From: Bacteroidia bacterium
GTDB taxonomy: Bacteria > Bacteroidota > Bacteroidia > UBA7662
Length of the DNA stretch: 64,000 nt
Assembly (NCBI GenBank): GCA_049431025.1
Contig: JBMTCP010000004.1
Location: forward strand, 17,080 to 81,079
Reading direction: 5' to 3'
Position numbers and translations under genes: made by a program. Positions 19,800 to 30,924 of this stretch are shown piece by piece. Below the pieces are notes generated by a model. That model did no database searches. It was not told the origin of the DNA and worked only from the letters and a program-made list of their open reading frames with translations. Within the stretch, counting starts at the first letter, position 1. The number at the start of each line of letters is the position of its first letter.

Positions 19800-20492
19800 A
19801 TGAACGTTGGTATCGTAGTTTTTCCGGGATCCAATTGCGATGCCGATACCTTGCAAGCCTTTGCAAGCCTAAAAGGCGTAAAGGCCCAACTCCTCTGGCA
19901 CAAGGATACGGATTTGAAAGGCAGTGATTTGGTGGTCCTACCGGGCGGTTTTAGTTACGGCGACTATTTGCGCTCAGGCGCGATCGCTCGGTTTGCAGGT
20001 ATCATGGATTCGGTGCGCCGATTTGCGCAAGAGGGGGGCTATGTTTTGGGTATCTGCAACGGGTTTCAGGTCCTCACCGAAGCCGGCTTATTACCCGGTG
20101 CCCTTCTTCGTAACACATCACAGCTTTTTGTTTCCAAGGATGTTCATTTACAGCCGGTTAGCCGCAAAGCCAATCTTAGCGGCCATTTGAATCCCCAAGA
20201 TACCTTCCGTATCCCCATTGCCCACGGTGAAGGGCGTTATTACACCGATGCAGATGGCCTTAAGGCCCTTCAAGACGGGGACCAAATCCTGTTTCGTTAC
20301 GTGAACGAGGCAGGGCAGCGCGATGAACTTGCCAACCCCAACGGATCCATGGACGATATCGCAGGGATTTGCAGCACCAACGGCCGCGTTATGGGCCTAA
20401 TGCCCCACCCCGAGCGCGCCTGCAATCCCCTACTAGGCCTGGAAGATGGATTGGCCCTCTTGGAAGGATTGGTCCAAGGACGAACGGTATAG
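19800..20492 (+). CDS. purQ: Phosphoribosylformylglycinamidine synthase, glutamine amidotransferase subunit
   Basis: MNVGIVVFPGSNCD start, class-I GATase triad context LPGGFSYGDY...ICNGFQVL...AHGEG. Confidence 0.85.
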   Translation: MNVGIVVFPGSNCDADTLQAFASLKGVKAQLLWHKDTDLKGSDLVVLPGGFSYGDYLRSGAIARFAGIMDSVRRFAQEGGYVLGICNGFQVLTEAGLLPGALLRNTSQLFVSKDVHLQPVSRKANLSGHLNPQDTFRIPIAHGEGRYYTDADGLKALQDGDQILFRYVNEAGQRDELANPNGSMDDIAGICSTNGRVMGLMPHPERACNPLLGLEDGLALLEGLVQGRTV

Positions 20493-20528
20493 TCCTCAAT
20501 AATAAGGCATCTTGGGCTAGTGGTTCCG

Positions 20529-21557
20529 TTAGGATGCCAAGCCCAAAAGTTGAAGAGTCTGTCGAACCCCGGATGCCGGGCTGTAAAGACCCTGCCGTAC
20601 CCCTTCTTCAATTTCTTGTCCTCCTTTGGCTCCCCGGCGTTCTCCCATCGCATTCCACAACGCCTGGTTGAGTTTGCGGCGGTATTGATGTATCCTTTGT
20701 TCTGAACGCCTCTGAAGGAGCCAGGATTGCAAGCCAGGATTTTCCTTTAAAGCCTGGAGACCGGACCAAAAATCTTCCATACCAAGACCTTCCAAGGCAC
20801 TAATGGCCTGGCAGGGTACAGACCACCCCTTTAAACTGTGTGGAGGAAACAAGGACAAAGCCGAGCGGTAGTACGAACAGGTTTCAGCAGCCGAATCACG
20901 TCCAACCCCATCAGCTTTGTTGATCAAAACGGCATCGGCCGCTTCGACGATTCCCCTTTTGATACCCTGCAATTCATCCCCGGAACGTCCCAACAGGAGT
21001 AAGATGGTCCAATCAACCAGGTTAGATACTTCGGTTTCGTTTTGTCCTACGCCAACCGTTTCAACCAAGACCCAGTCAAATCCTGCGTAACGGCACAGGT
21101 CCATGGCTTCTTGGGTTGCCCTTGCCGTTCCTCCCAGCATGGTTCCGGCAGGGGATGGCCGAACAAAGGCCTCCTGCCGACCTGCAAGGTTTTGCATCCT
21201 TGTTTTGTCACCCAGGATACTTCCTCCGCTTTTGGCCGAAGAAGGATCCACGGCCAAGACCGCGACCCTGTGCCCTTTATCCAGAGCCTGACAACCCAAT
21301 AAATCAATAAACGTGCTTTTGCCTGCACCAGGGGGTCCCGTTATGGCCATGGTCCAATCCTTGGCCTCGGAACGATCCCTTTGAACCAATTCCTGATCCA
21401 CCAAATCCATCATGAAATCGGCGACATCTTGGTCCGAAGGTTTGCGGCTTTCGACCCAGGTAATGGCGCGGGATAAGGCCCTTCGGCTACCCTGCTGTAT
21501 TTCGTCCAGCAAGGCCTGAACTTCGGCTTGCCTAACCATGGTTACCGGACCCATCAT
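20529..21557 (-). CDS. meaB: Methylmalonyl-CoA mutase-associated G-protein chaperone MeaB/ArgK
   Basis: P-loop [18 protein letters not shown], ...[11 protein letters not shown]..., NKAD; start at tandem ATG ATG 21552-21557, overlapping mutase stop. Confidence 0.85.
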   Translation of the reverse strand: MMGPVTMVRQAEVQALLDEIQQGSRRALSRAITWVESRKPSDQDVADFMMDLVDQELVQRDRSEAKDWTMAITGPPGAGKSTFIDLLGCQALDKGHRVAVLAVDPSSAKSGGSILGDKTRMQNLAGRQEAFVRPSPAGTMLGGTARATQEAMDLCRYAGFDWVLVETVGVGQNETEVSNLVDWTILLLLGRSGDELQGIKRGIVEAADAVLINKADGVGRDSAAETCSYYRSALSLFPPHSLKGWSVPCQAISALEGLGMEDFWSGLQALKENPGLQSWLLQRRSEQRIHQYRRKLNQALWNAMGERRGAKGGQEIEEGVRQGLYSPASGVRQTLQLLGLAS

Positions 21558-24500
21558 CGATGGGTTGTCCCAACAATTGAAGTGCAGCCTCCGATAATCG
21601 GGTGCCTGGCCCAAAAATGGCCTGAACACCGGCCTTATACAGTTCTTCATGGTCCTGGGGAGGAATGACCCCACCCAATATCACCCGCACATCCGAGGCA
21701 CCGGCCTTACGAAGCTCTTGGATTAGTTCGGGAATTAGGCTTCGGTGCCCGGCAGCCAGCGAAGAAACCCCAACCCAATGCACATCGTTCTCCATGGCCT
21801 GACGGGCGCATTCGGCCGGAGTTTGAAATAGAGGCCCCAGGTCCACATCAAATCCCAGGTCAGCAAAACCTGTTGCGATAATTTTAGCCCCACGATCATG
21901 GCCATCTTGCCCCAATTTGGCAACTAACAGACGTGGGCGCCGTCCTTGCTCCTCTTCAAAGGCCTTAACCGCAAGGCGAGCTGCTTCGAACGTGTGATCC
22001 TGGACCATTTGCTGGGCGTATACCCCTTGAATGCTGAAAGGCTGGGCGGTATACCTCCCAAAAATATCCTCCAATGCGGATGAAATTTCCCCCAAAGTTG
22101 CCCGGTGGCGTGCGGCTTCGACAGCAGCCTCCATTAAGCCAAAGCCCGTACTTGCTTGCTTTCCAACAGGTGGGGTTTGTACAGCCTTGGCCATGGTATA
22201 AGCCACGGCCCTAAGTTCCACGAGGGCCTTGGCAACGCTTTCTTCGTTACGGTTGGCCTTGAGTTTTTGAAGGGAATCCAATTGGGCTTGGAGAACCTGC
22301 TCGTGATGCACTTTGAGCAAGGGAATTTCAGGGGTTGGCGACGGTACAAGGGGCGTGTAGGCATTGACCCCGATGATGGGATCCATCCCTGTATCGATAC
22401 GGGCTTGTTTACGGGCAGCGGCTTCTTCGATGCGACGTTTGGGCAATGAAGATTCCAAGGCTTTGGCCATCCCTCCGGCTTCCTCAATTTCTTGAATGAG
22501 GGCCAATGCCTCACGAACCAGGGTTTGCGTCCGTTGTTCCAACAACGAAGAACCACCCCATGGGTCAACCCATGAACACAAACCGCAATCACGTTGCAGA
22601 TAAAGTTGGGTGTTACGAGCAATCCTTGCTGAATAATCGGTGGGCAAAGCCAAGGCCTCATCCAGAGCATTGGTATGGAGACTTTGGGTACCACCCCACA
22701 AAGCAGCCAAGGCCTCGAGGCAGGTACGCGCAATGTTATTGTACGGATCCTGCTGCGTCAAGCTCCATCCCGAAGTTTGGCAATGGGTTCTAAGGGCCAT
22801 GGCCTTGGGGGTCTCTACCCCCATGGCGCGGGTTATGCGGGACCATAGCAGTCGACCGGCACGCAATTTGGCTATTTCGGTCACCAAATCCATACCGGTC
22901 GCCCAAAAAAACGAGAGTCGGGGGGCAAAGTCATCCAAACGCAAACCGGCTTGGGAACCCGCCCTCAAATACTCCATGCCATCGGCTAAGGTATAGGCCA
23001 ATTCCAACGCAGCAGGAGCTCCGGCTTCGTGCATATGATAACCCGAAATGCTGATTGAATTGAAGCGGGGCATCCTTCGTGAACAATAACCAAAAATTTC
23101 GGCGATAATTTGCATGGAAGGAGCCGGAGGATAGATGTAGGTGTTACGAACCATGAACTCCTTGAGGATGTCGTTTTGAATCGTCCCGCTAAGTTGTTGG
23201 GCATCCACCCCACTTTCTTCGGCGGCGACTACAAAAAACGCCAATACCGGGACAACAGCCCCGTTCATGGTCATGCTGACCGACAATTGATCCAATGGCA
23301 AATCTTGGAACAAAATTTTCATGTCCTCCACCGAATCAATGGCAACACCAGCCTTACCCACATCGGCCATAGCCCGAGGATGATCCGAATCGTAACCTCG
23401 GTGGGTTGGCAAATCAAAGGCTACCGAAAGGCCTTTTTGGCCAGCCGCGAGGTTCCGTTTGTAGAAGGCGTTGGACTCGGTCGCGGTGCTAAAGCCTGCA
23501 TATTGACGAATGGTCCAAGGACGCTGCAAATACATGGTAGCGTAGGGACCCCTCAAAAAAGGTGGAACGCCAGCCTCCCAAGCGGCCGGTAAGGCTGATA
23601 GGCTTTGATCCAACCTCAAATTAGTGGGGCTAAGTGACGTCGTAGGCGCCGAAGCCCCATCGTTTGGTGGGACGGGATCACTTGGGGGGGTAATTCGATT
23701 TTGCCACCATGTCCACAATCCGCCGGAGGTACGTATTTCATCCAAAACGGTCTGAACTTCGGCCATGGCGGCCAGTTCCAAAGCCTGAATGGTGCCCGAA
23801 CCATTGGCCAGGCTCAAACCGAGGGCAAGGCCGCCCTCATCACGTAACAACAATTGCACATTGCGTGGGAGCCGGCGTAAATCCTCGGGCCCCGCTCCCT
23901 GTAAGTCCCCGGGCAAGTCTGGCAAATAGACGGTATCAGCCCCTCCCAACACCGCCGACAAAGTCGTGGTGGTCATTTGAAGGAGGCGATCCGCGTCGTC
24001 GGTAGCCACCGGCAAATGCTGAGCGTTGTTACGGTAGATGGACAAACAGCGGTACGGCGTAATCCCTTGGCTTAGAGATTGCAGGGATTGGGAAGCCACC
24101 CGTTGCAACGCTGTTTCTTGCATGAGCAAGGTCCCGGGATTCCATTCCAAGGCCAAAGGAATTTTCCGACCCTCTTCGGTTGCCTTGGCTTTGAGCATCC
24201 AAGCCTCGGCGAGGGAAATGAGAATGGCCATTACCGTGGTTGGTGCCAAGTCAAACCCCTCAAAATCTGAACTTTGCAGCAATACAGGACTTGCCTCAGG
24301 CCAATCCGAATAATAACGAAGAGCGATTGCTAAAGCTTCGTTCAATTGCTCAAGAAACTGGGTTTCGCTAACAGATTCCAACAAGGAACGGCTTCCCCAC
24401 AATCGCCCTTGAACTTTCCAGTCGGATGTGGGTCGTTGATGATGAAGTGCCCATTGTTGCAACAACGTTAAGCCCTGGCTGTATTCCCAATGCCGAAAAT

Positions 24501-24912
24501 CGACCTGCAAAAAATTCCATTCTATACCGGCCGATGCATCCATGAAATCGGAAACTTTAGGGCAAGGACCTTGAAAACCTACGCTATCGACCCCTCCTTG
24601 AACCGCCTCCAATAAACGACTGTTCCAGTCCATGGGTTCACCCTTGCTCAAGTCAAACCACGAGCCTATGGACCAACCGCCTGGCCTATTTGATCCTATT
24701 TCGAATACAGGGTCGGACTGAGCCGTACCGGGTTGGTACGACCGAACCAAGGCGTTATTAAAACAAGGAACAACGGCCTGATCGGGGCGGGAACCCTCCC
24801 ATTCCTTGAGCCAGACCGAGGAATGGTTCTCAGCAGCACGACGTTCGTACTCGTCCGGGCCCCAAGATTCCTGAAGGTTTTGATAAAAGTCAGGGGGAAG
24901 GCTGAGCGCCAT
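21532..24912 (-). CDS. mutB: Methylmalonyl-CoA mutase, single-polypeptide fusion of MutA-like N-terminal region, MutB catalytic barrel and C-terminal B12-binding domain (1126 aa)
   Basis: Catalytic core [58 protein letters not shown]; C-terminal B12 domain [35 protein letters not shown] (DxHxxG); ~420-aa N-terminal MutA-like extension. Confidence 0.9.
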   Translation of the reverse strand: MALSLPPDFYQNLQESWGPDEYERRAAENHSSVWLKEWEGSRPDQAVVPCFNNALVRSYQPGTAQSDPVFEIGSNRPGGWSIGSWFDLSKGEPMDWNSRLLEAVQGGVDSVGFQGPCPKVSDFMDASAGIEWNFLQVDFRHWEYSQGLTLLQQWALHHQRPTSDWKVQGRLWGSRSLLESVSETQFLEQLNEALAIALRYYSDWPEASPVLLQSSDFEGFDLAPTTVMAILISLAEAWMLKAKATEEGRKIPLALEWNPGTLLMQETALQRVASQSLQSLSQGITPYRCLSIYRNNAQHLPVATDDADRLLQMTTTTLSAVLGGADTVYLPDLPGDLQGAGPEDLRRLPRNVQLLLRDEGGLALGLSLANGSGTIQALELAAMAEVQTVLDEIRTSGGLWTWWQNRITPPSDPVPPNDGASAPTTSLSPTNLRLDQSLSALPAAWEAGVPPFLRGPYATMYLQRPWTIRQYAGFSTATESNAFYKRNLAAGQKGLSVAFDLPTHRGYDSDHPRAMADVGKAGVAIDSVEDMKILFQDLPLDQLSVSMTMNGAVVPVLAFFVVAAEESGVDAQQLSGTIQNDILKEFMVRNTYIYPPAPSMQIIAEIFGYCSRRMPRFNSISISGYHMHEAGAPAALELAYTLADGMEYLRAGSQAGLRLDDFAPRLSFFWATGMDLVTEIAKLRAGRLLWSRITRAMGVETPKAMALRTHCQTSGWSLTQQDPYNNIARTCLEALAALWGGTQSLHTNALDEALALPTDYSARIARNTQLYLQRDCGLCSWVDPWGGSSLLEQRTQTLVREALALIQEIEEAGGMAKALESSLPKRRIEEAAARKQARIDTGMDPIIGVNAYTPLVPSPTPEIPLLKVHHEQVLQAQLDSLQKLKANRNEESVAKALVELRAVAYTMAKAVQTPPVGKQASTGFGLMEAAVEAARHRATLGEISSALEDIFGRYTAQPFSIQGVYAQQMVQDHTFEAARLAVKAFEEEQGRRPRLLVAKLGQDGHDRGAKIIATGFADLGFDVDLGPLFQTPAECARQAMENDVHWVGVSSLAAGHRSLIPELIQELRKAGASDVRVILGGVIPPQDHEELYKAGVQAIFGPGTRLSEAALQLLGQPIDDGSGNHG

Positions 24913-24915
24913 GAT

Positions 24916-25557
24916 CTAATCGGCCACTACTTCCCGAACCTCGGGTACCATACGGCGCAAAAGATTTTCTATGCCAGACTTGAGGGTCAGCGACGAGGAT
25001 GGGCAACCGTTGCAGGCACCTCTCAAAACGACCCGTACCTGGCCCGATACCGGATCAAAGGACTTGAGTTGAATGGCCCCTCCATCTTGTTCAACCGCTG
25101 GTTGTATGTAATCTCTGAGAATTTCATCGATGCGGGATTCCAAAGCACCGGCCTCCCTCGCCTGGGGCTCATTTCCTTGGCTTGATGACGCAGGAAACGT
25201 AGCGTCTAACGTGTAACGATGCGCTACTTCGGGCCATAATGTCGCATCAACGACCGGTAAGGCGGCGTTGAGGTAGTGCATCATAAAATCTCTGAAAACC
25301 GGGATCAACTCGGACCATTCCTCGTCACTGGCCTTGGTCAAGGAGACAAAATGATTGGAAATCATCACCGAAGACAAGGAAGGAAATTCCAAAAGTCCCT
25401 TGGCCAAGGGACTCAAGTCGCTAATATGTTGGCGATCCACTTCCAACAAATACCCTGATAACAAAGGACGGTTGGTAATCAATTTGATCACCGACGGGTT
25501 GGGGGTTGATTCCGCAAAAACCTGGACAGGTCCCCCGGTTTCTATTGAATTTTCCAT
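24916..25557 (-). CDS. NifU/Nfu-family Fe-S cluster assembly protein (Nfu_N + NifU C-terminal domain)
   Basis: C-terminal [21 protein letters not shown] CxxC motif. Confidence 0.75.
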   Translation of the reverse strand: MENSIETGGPVQVFAESTPNPSVIKLITNRPLLSGYLLEVDRQHISDLSPLAKGLLEFPSLSSVMISNHFVSLTKASDEEWSELIPVFRDFMMHYLNAALPVVDATLWPEVAHRYTLDATFPASSSQGNEPQAREAGALESRIDEILRDYIQPAVEQDGGAIQLKSFDPVSGQVRVVLRGACNGCPSSSLTLKSGIENLLRRMVPEVREVVAD

Positions 25558-26879
25558 GTATTCAGGTACTGGGTATTGAATTGACCTGCAATAAAATTGG
25601 GATCTTTGAGCATTTGCAGATGAAACGGAATGGTGGTTTTGACCCCTTCAACCACAAATTCAGAAAGTGCCCTTTCCATGGTGGCAATAGCCTCTTCACG
25701 GGTTTGGGCCACCGTGATTAATTTGGCAATCATGGAATCGTAATAAGGAGGAATAACATAACCCGAATAAATATGGGTATCCACTCGAACGCCATGTCCA
25801 CCGGGAACATGCAGGGTGGTTATCCGACCCGGTGAAGGCCTAAAATCGTTGTAAGGATCTTCGGCATTAATTCTGCACTCAATAGCGTGCATGTTGGGGA
25901 TGTAGTTTTTGCCTGATATCGGGATACCTGCCGCAACTTTGATTTGTTCTTTAATTAAATCATAGTCAATAACTTCTTCGGTTACAGGATGTTCCACCTG
26001 AATTCGGGTGTTCATCTCCATAAAATAAAAATTACGGTATTTGTCCACCAGGAATTCAATCGTTCCGGCTCCCTCATATCCAACCGCCAAGGCACCACGA
26101 ACCGCGGCCTCGCCCATCCGTTCCCGCAATTCATCCGTCATAAAGGGCGATGGTGACTCCTCAATCAGTTTTTGGTGTCTGCGTTGGATCGAACAATCCC
26201 TTTCACTCAAGTGGCAGGCCTTGCCAAACTGGTCCCCCACCACCTGAATCTCAATATGCCGAGGTTCCTCGATATACTTTTCCATGTAAAGGCCGTCGTT
26301 GCCAAAAGCCGCTGCGGCTTCCAAGCGGGCCGATTCCATAGCCGGAATTAATTCTTCTTCTTTCCAAATAACCCTCATTCCGCGACCTCCTCCACCAGCC
26401 GTCGCTTTAACGATGACCGGATACCCAATTTCGCCAGCCAATTTCACGGCTTCACTGTCGGAACCCAACAATCCCTCGGAACCGGGAACTGTTGGAACCC
26501 CGGCTTTTTTCATGGTTTCCTTGGCCGTAATCTTGTCACCCATCGCCCGGATGGATTCTGGAGTGGGTCCAATAAATTTGATGTTATAGTCCCTGCAAAC
26601 CTCGGCAAATCTGGCGTTTTCGGACAAAAAACCGTAGCCAGGGTGAATGGCATCCGCATTGGTTATTTCGGCTGCTGCCAAAATTTGAGGAATATTGAGG
26701 TAAGAATCGGAGGAACGAGGTGGACCAATACAAACGGCTTCGTCCGCAAATCGGACGTGCAAACTGTCCCGGTCTGCGGTAGAGTAAACCGCGACCGTTT
26801 GGATACCCATCTCTTTGCAAGTGCGTATAATGCGCAAGGCAATTTCGCCTCGATTAGCGATTAGAATTTTTTTGAACAA
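25542..26879 (-). CDS. accC: Acetyl-CoA carboxylase, biotin carboxylase subunit
   Basis: [26 protein letters not shown]..., ATP-grasp motifs, 445 aa. Confidence 0.9.
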   Translation of the reverse strand: MFKKILIANRGEIALRIIRTCKEMGIQTVAVYSTADRDSLHVRFADEAVCIGPPRSSDSYLNIPQILAAAEITNADAIHPGYGFLSENARFAEVCRDYNIKFIGPTPESIRAMGDKITAKETMKKAGVPTVPGSEGLLGSDSEAVKLAGEIGYPVIVKATAGGGGRGMRVIWKEEELIPAMESARLEAAAAFGNDGLYMEKYIEEPRHIEIQVVGDQFGKACHLSERDCSIQRRHQKLIEESPSPFMTDELRERMGEAAVRGALAVGYEGAGTIEFLVDKYRNFYFMEMNTRIQVEHPVTEEVIDYDLIKEQIKVAAGIPISGKNYIPNMHAIECRINAEDPYNDFRPSPGRITTLHVPGGHGVRVDTHIYSGYVIPPYYDSMIAKLITVAQTREEAIATMERALSEFVVEGVKTTIPFHLQMLKDPNFIAGQFNTQYLNTWKIQ

Positions 26880-26915
26880 GGGGTCTCGGTTGAGTTGACG
26901 TTAAGGCGGAAGGAC

Positions 26916-27395
26916 TTAGTCCTGAGCCACCACAAACAATGGTTGATCAAATTCAACCGGTACCGCGTTATCGACTAAAATTTCAACTACGGTACCGCTG
27001 AATTCAGCTTCAATTTCGTTGAATAGCTTCATGGCTTCAATGATGCAAAGGGTCTGCCCTTTTTGAATTCTATCGCCTACTTTGACAAATGGGTCCTTGT
27101 CCGGACCAGCGGAACGATAAAATGTCCCCACCATGGGCGCCTTAACCTGAGTGCCGGTCGAGACCGTTGGAGCAGCAGCTGGGGTTGATGAGGGCGTTGA
27201 CGCAGGCACTGACTCCACCATTGTTGGAGCGGAAAGGACTTGAGCATGAACAACCTGAGGGGCCACAGCCACGGAGGCTTGATGTTGACCTGTGGTTTTG
27301 ATATGAATTTTGAAGCCCTCCTTCTCGATTTCCACTTCGGAAACCCCTGATTTGGCCACAAAACGTATCAATTCCTGAATTTCTTTGATTTCCAT
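26916..27395 (-). CDS. accB: Acetyl-CoA carboxylase biotin carboxyl carrier protein
   Basis: C-terminal biotinyl-lysine motif [14 protein letters not shown]; Ala/Pro-rich linker. Confidence 0.85.
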   Translation of the reverse strand: MEIKEIQELIRFVAKSGVSEVEIEKEGFKIHIKTTGQHQASVAVAPQVVHAQVLSAPTMVESVPASTPSSTPAAAPTVSTGTQVKAPMVGTFYRSAGPDKDPFVKVGDRIQKGQTLCIIEAMKLFNEIEAEFSGTVVEILVDNAVPVEFDQPLFVVAQD

Positions 27396-27437
27396 TAATT
27401 ATTAGTTTAGGATGAACAAACAAGGACTTGGGCGAAG

Positions 27438-28004
27438 CTACTTGACACGCTCGACATAATCGCCCGTTCTGGTATCGATTTTGATTTTATCGCCTTGATT
27501 CACAAACAAAGGAACCTGAACCGTTGGGCCATCATCAATGACGGCGGCTTTTAACGCTGTTCCTGAAGCGGTATCTCCCCTCAAACCCGGTTCGGTATAA
27601 GTCACGGTGCCCTCCACATGATGCGGCAATTCGCAGGTTAGAACCGATTCGTCTTCGGTATTGACCAGGACCAAGCAAACGGCTCCCTCTTTCAAAAATT
27701 GAGGTGCATTAATTTTGAATTCCTCCAATGCGTTTTGTTCAAATGATTCGGAATCCATGAAATTGTACCCCATATCATCCTTGTAGAGGAATTGGTATTC
27801 CCTGGTTTCGACCCTAACGGGGTCAATTTTGGCACCTGCAGGAAAGGTATTTTCAAGAACGCGACCGGTGGTTAAACTCCGAAGCTTGGAGCGGACGAAA
27901 GCTGCCCCTTTACCGGGCTTGACATGCAGGAATTCGATCACCTGGTAGATGTCGTTGTTGAACTTGAGGCAGAGGCCGTTACGAAATTCAGAAGTCGATG
28001 CCAT
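27438..28004 (-). CDS. efp: Elongation factor P
   Basis: NGLCLKFNNDIYQVIEFLHVKPGKGAAFVRSKLR EF-P signature; 188 aa. Confidence 0.9.
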   Translation of the reverse strand: MASTSEFRNGLCLKFNNDIYQVIEFLHVKPGKGAAFVRSKLRSLTTGRVLENTFPAGAKIDPVRVETREYQFLYKDDMGYNFMDSESFEQNALEEFKINAPQFLKEGAVCLVLVNTEDESVLTCELPHHVEGTVTYTEPGLRGDTASGTALKAAVIDDGPTVQVPLFVNQGDKIKIDTRTGDYVERVK

Positions 28005-28033
28005 AAGGTATTGAGTTGGTTAAAATCAAACAA

Positions 28034-29059
28034 TTATTCGGAGGTTTCATAGGCCCATTGAAGCCAAATAGATCCCCAAGTGAAGCCACCACCAAAGGCA
28101 GCAAGTATGAGGTTATCCCCGGGCTTGAGTTGCTTTTCCCATTCCCACAAACACAAAGGAATGGTGGCATTGGTTGTGTTCCCGTAGCGATCTATGTTGA
28201 CCATCACTTTGTCCTCGGGCAAACCGGCTCGATCACGGGTGGCGTCTATGATTCTTTTGTTGGCCTGATGGGGTACCAGCCAGGCAATATCATCGGCCTT
28301 TAGGCCGTTGCGCTCCATTATTTCGGCAGCAACATCAGCCATCCCGGTAACGGCAAATTTGAAAACTGTTTTCCCTTCCTGATGAACAAAATGCTCTCGG
28401 GCATCTACACTGCGGTGGGATGCCGGATTCAGCGAACCACCAGCCTTTTGGTAGAGGTAGTTGCGTCCCGAGCCATCGCTCTTGAGCAGCATATCCTGAA
28501 TCCCCCATCCCTGGTTATTGGGTTCGACCAAGACAGCCCCTGCCCCATCACCAAAAAGAAAAGCCGTAGCACGGTCTTCCAGGTTAAGAATTGATGTCAT
28601 TTTATCGGCACCCACCACCACCACGCGACAAAACCGACCGGATTCCACAAAAGCTGTTGCGGTGCTTAGTCCGTAGAGAAAGCCTGAACAAGCGGCTGAT
28701 AAATCGTATCCAACCGCATTGATAGCGCCGATTTTGTCGGTAATCACGTTAGCAGTTGCCGGAAATAACATGTCCGGGGTTGCTGTACAGCAGATCAGCA
28801 AGTCAATATCGGTGGGCAGCAGATTTTTTTTGGTCAAAAGACCACGTACCGCCTCCGCAGCCATATCGGAGGTGGCCAGGGTATCGTCGTTAAGCCAGCG
28901 ACGTTCCCGAATACCGGAACGGGTATAAATCCACTCGTCGGAGGTATCAATGTACCGGGTCAGGTCCTGATTGGTCACCACATGGGGTGGAACCCAGGCA
29001 TGAACACCGGTAATGGCGGCACGCGTTTTGGTCGTATTCGGAAGGGCCATGAAGACCAA
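28034..29059 (-). CDS. fabH: 3-oxoacyl-[ACP] synthase III
   Basis: Active-site AACSGFLYGL, KASIII C-terminal region; 341 aa. Confidence 0.9.
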   Translation of the reverse strand: MVFMALPNTTKTRAAITGVHAWVPPHVVTNQDLTRYIDTSDEWIYTRSGIRERRWLNDDTLATSDMAAEAVRGLLTKKNLLPTDIDLLICCTATPDMLFPATANVITDKIGAINAVGYDLSAACSGFLYGLSTATAFVESGRFCRVVVVGADKMTSILNLEDRATAFLFGDGAGAVLVEPNNQGWGIQDMLLKSDGSGRNYLYQKAGGSLNPASHRSVDAREHFVHQEGKTVFKFAVTGMADVAAEIMERNGLKADDIAWLVPHQANKRIIDATRDRAGLPEDKVMVNIDRYGNTTNATIPLCLWEWEKQLKPGDNLILAAFGGGFTWGSIWLQWAYETSE

Positions 29060-29065
29060 GGCTAC

Positions 29066-29251
29066 TTAGGCCTGCGTATCAATAACGACCTTGCCTTTGT
29101 AGTACATTTTGCCCTCGAACCAATGGGCCCGATGGAAAAGGTGGGGCTGCCCGGTGGTTGGGCAAGTTGCCAATGTCGCGGTGGCAGCATGGTCGTTCGC
29201 ACGGCGCTTGTCACGACGGCTTCTGGAATGTCGGTGTTTGGGATTTGGCAT
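29066..29251 (-). CDS. rpmF: 50S ribosomal protein L32
   Basis: MPNPKHRHSRSRRDKRRAN...CPTTGQPHLFHRAHWFEGKMYYKGKVV; 61 aa. Confidence 0.85.
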   Translation of the reverse strand: MPNPKHRHSRSRRDKRRANDHAATATLATCPTTGQPHLFHRAHWFEGKMYYKGKVVIDTQA

Positions 29252-29254
29252 GGC

Positions 29255-29794
29255 TTAAGAAAAATTGATTTGCTTGAGTTGTTCCCAACGGGGGTCCACG
29301 GGGACTTCGTCGGTTGATGTAGTGTTGGAATTCGACTGTGGGTGGAGATCAAACCCGGCCGGAGCCTGGCAAGGCAGATCAGCATCCTCACAAACAGCCC
29401 GCAAGGGCAGGTGAAGATGAATATTTTCGTAAAAAAAATGGGCCAAATTGAGCCTCGTTTCTCCAATAGGGAGGTAAAGAATTTCGTCCGTCGATTCCGT
29501 AGGGTTTTCGGTTAGTTGGACGACCAATGAGCTGTCATCCTTAACTGGCCAATCCAGACCCTCCAGGCAACGGTCACAATTCAGTGAAATCGTACCTTGG
29601 GAACTCACCCGGCAATCCAAGCGATTACCCATTCGATGCAAGACACAATCCACGTCCACTGCAGCTTTTTGGATAAGAGATGTTTCAAAAAGTCCAAAAA
29701 AATCCCCATCCAAACGGTAGTGCATTCGATGTTCCCCGTTGGGCAGGGAAGTCAACACAAGGTCAAACGAGGATAAAGACGCCACGGATTTCAT
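29255..29794 (-). CDS. yceD: YceD/DUF177 family protein (23S rRNA accumulation protein), conserved partner of rpmF
   Basis: Position immediately upstream of rpmF, Cys pairs (CDRCLE ... C), ~180 aa. Confidence 0.65.
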   Translation of the reverse strand: MKSVASLSSFDLVLTSLPNGEHRMHYRLDGDFFGLFETSLIQKAAVDVDCVLHRMGNRLDCRVSSQGTISLNCDRCLEGLDWPVKDDSSLVVQLTENPTESTDEILYLPIGETRLNLAHFFYENIHLHLPLRAVCEDADLPCQAPAGFDLHPQSNSNTTSTDEVPVDPRWEQLKQINFS

Positions 29795-29835
29795 GGTAGG
29801 GCCGCAAAAATACAAAAAAACAAGGGGATTTTGCC

Positions 29836-30924
29836 CTAGTTTCCTTCTGACTGCTCCAGTTCTTTGGGTTTGGAGACCTTTTTGAGGGCATTTAGGGCCA
29901 AATTCTCCTGTTCCTGACGGGTCCGAATTCGATCGATGGTCTCGTAGAGGGTGTGCAGCAAAGAGGATGAATCGGCTCTACGTAAAGCAGCTTTGTCAAA
30001 GGCCGGTCCGTGATCCGGAGAGCAGCGGACCAAGGGTAGTCCACCCGTAAAGTTCACACCCCGCTCAAAGGCCAAGGTTTTGAAGGGAATCAATACCTGG
30101 TCGTGGTACATCCCCAAAACTGCGTCAAAACGGGCATAAGCCCCGGTACCCCAAAAGCCATCCGCACCGTAGGGACCGAAGACCAAGGCCCCTTCTTCCC
30201 GCATTTCTCGAAGGGTTGGTCCCAAAATTTCGGTTTCTTCACGACCCAAAAGACCGCCATCCCCGGCATGGGGATTGAGACCCAGGACGGCAATTCGGGG
30301 TTTCGTCAACCCAAAATCTAGGGAAAGTGACGCCAACATGTCGTTTATCTTGGTTCTGAGGGTGTTTGATTGGATACGTGACGGTACGTCCTGCAATGGA
30401 ACATGGCCGGTTAGGGTCGCGACCCTGAGGTCATCGGCCACCAACCACATCAATGAACGGGCTGACGCTGCTTTTGGACTGGCCAAACGAACAGCATCTT
30501 CCAAAAATTCGGTATGCCCGGCAAATCCGAAGGTTTCGGATTGCATTAAGTTTTTGTCGATTGGCAAAGTCACCAATCCCTGGGCTTTTCCAGCCAAACA
30601 TTCTTCGGTGGCCCTCCGCAAGGAAATTTCAGCAAAACGAGCCAAAGCTTGGTCAGGTTCTCCGGGACGCAAAGTCAATTCATCCTGCCAGCAAACCACC
30701 AAATTGAATTTACGAGCCTGGGCCTGCGAAGCGTCGGAAACGGTTTGGTAGGTCCAATCCTGGAGGCCCAATTCTTTGCGATAAAATCCCAGAACACGAC
30801 CCGATGCATAAAGAACCGGGGTGCAGCGTTGGAGCATTCGGGGATCCGAAAAAAGCTTGAGCAATAGCGGTAACCCTACCCCGTTTAGGTCTCCGGTACT
30901 TATGGCCAATACGGGTGAATTCAT
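29836..30924 (-). CDS. pdxA: 4-hydroxythreonine-4-phosphate dehydrogenase
   Basis: TGDLNGVGLPLLLK..., GLNPHAGDGGLLGREE metal-binding region; 362 aa. Confidence 0.85.
   Translation of the reverse strand: MNSPVLAISTGDLNGVGLPLLLKLFSDPRMLQRCTPVLYASGRVLGFYRKELGLQDWTYQTVSDASQAQARKFNLVVCWQDELTLRPGEPDQALARFAEISLRRATEECLAGKAQGLVTLPIDKNLMQSETFGFAGHTEFLEDAVRLASPKAASARSLMWLVADDLRVATLTGHVPLQDVPSRIQSNTLRTKINDMLASLSLDFGLTKPRIAVLGLNPHAGDGGLLGREETEILGPTLREMREEGALVFGPYGADGFWGTGAYARFDAVLGMYHDQVLIPFKTLAFERGVNFTGGLPLVRCSPDHGPAFDKAALRRADSSSLLHTLYETIDRIRTRQEQENLALNALKKVSKPKELEQSEGN

Noticed and set aside
20495-20545. Nested inverted repeats (GGCATC...GATGCC / TTGGGCT...AGCCCAA) between convergent purQ and meaB
   Set aside because: Could be a bidirectional terminator, but it lacks flanking U-tracts and overlaps the annotated meaB 3' end. 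Too weak to call.
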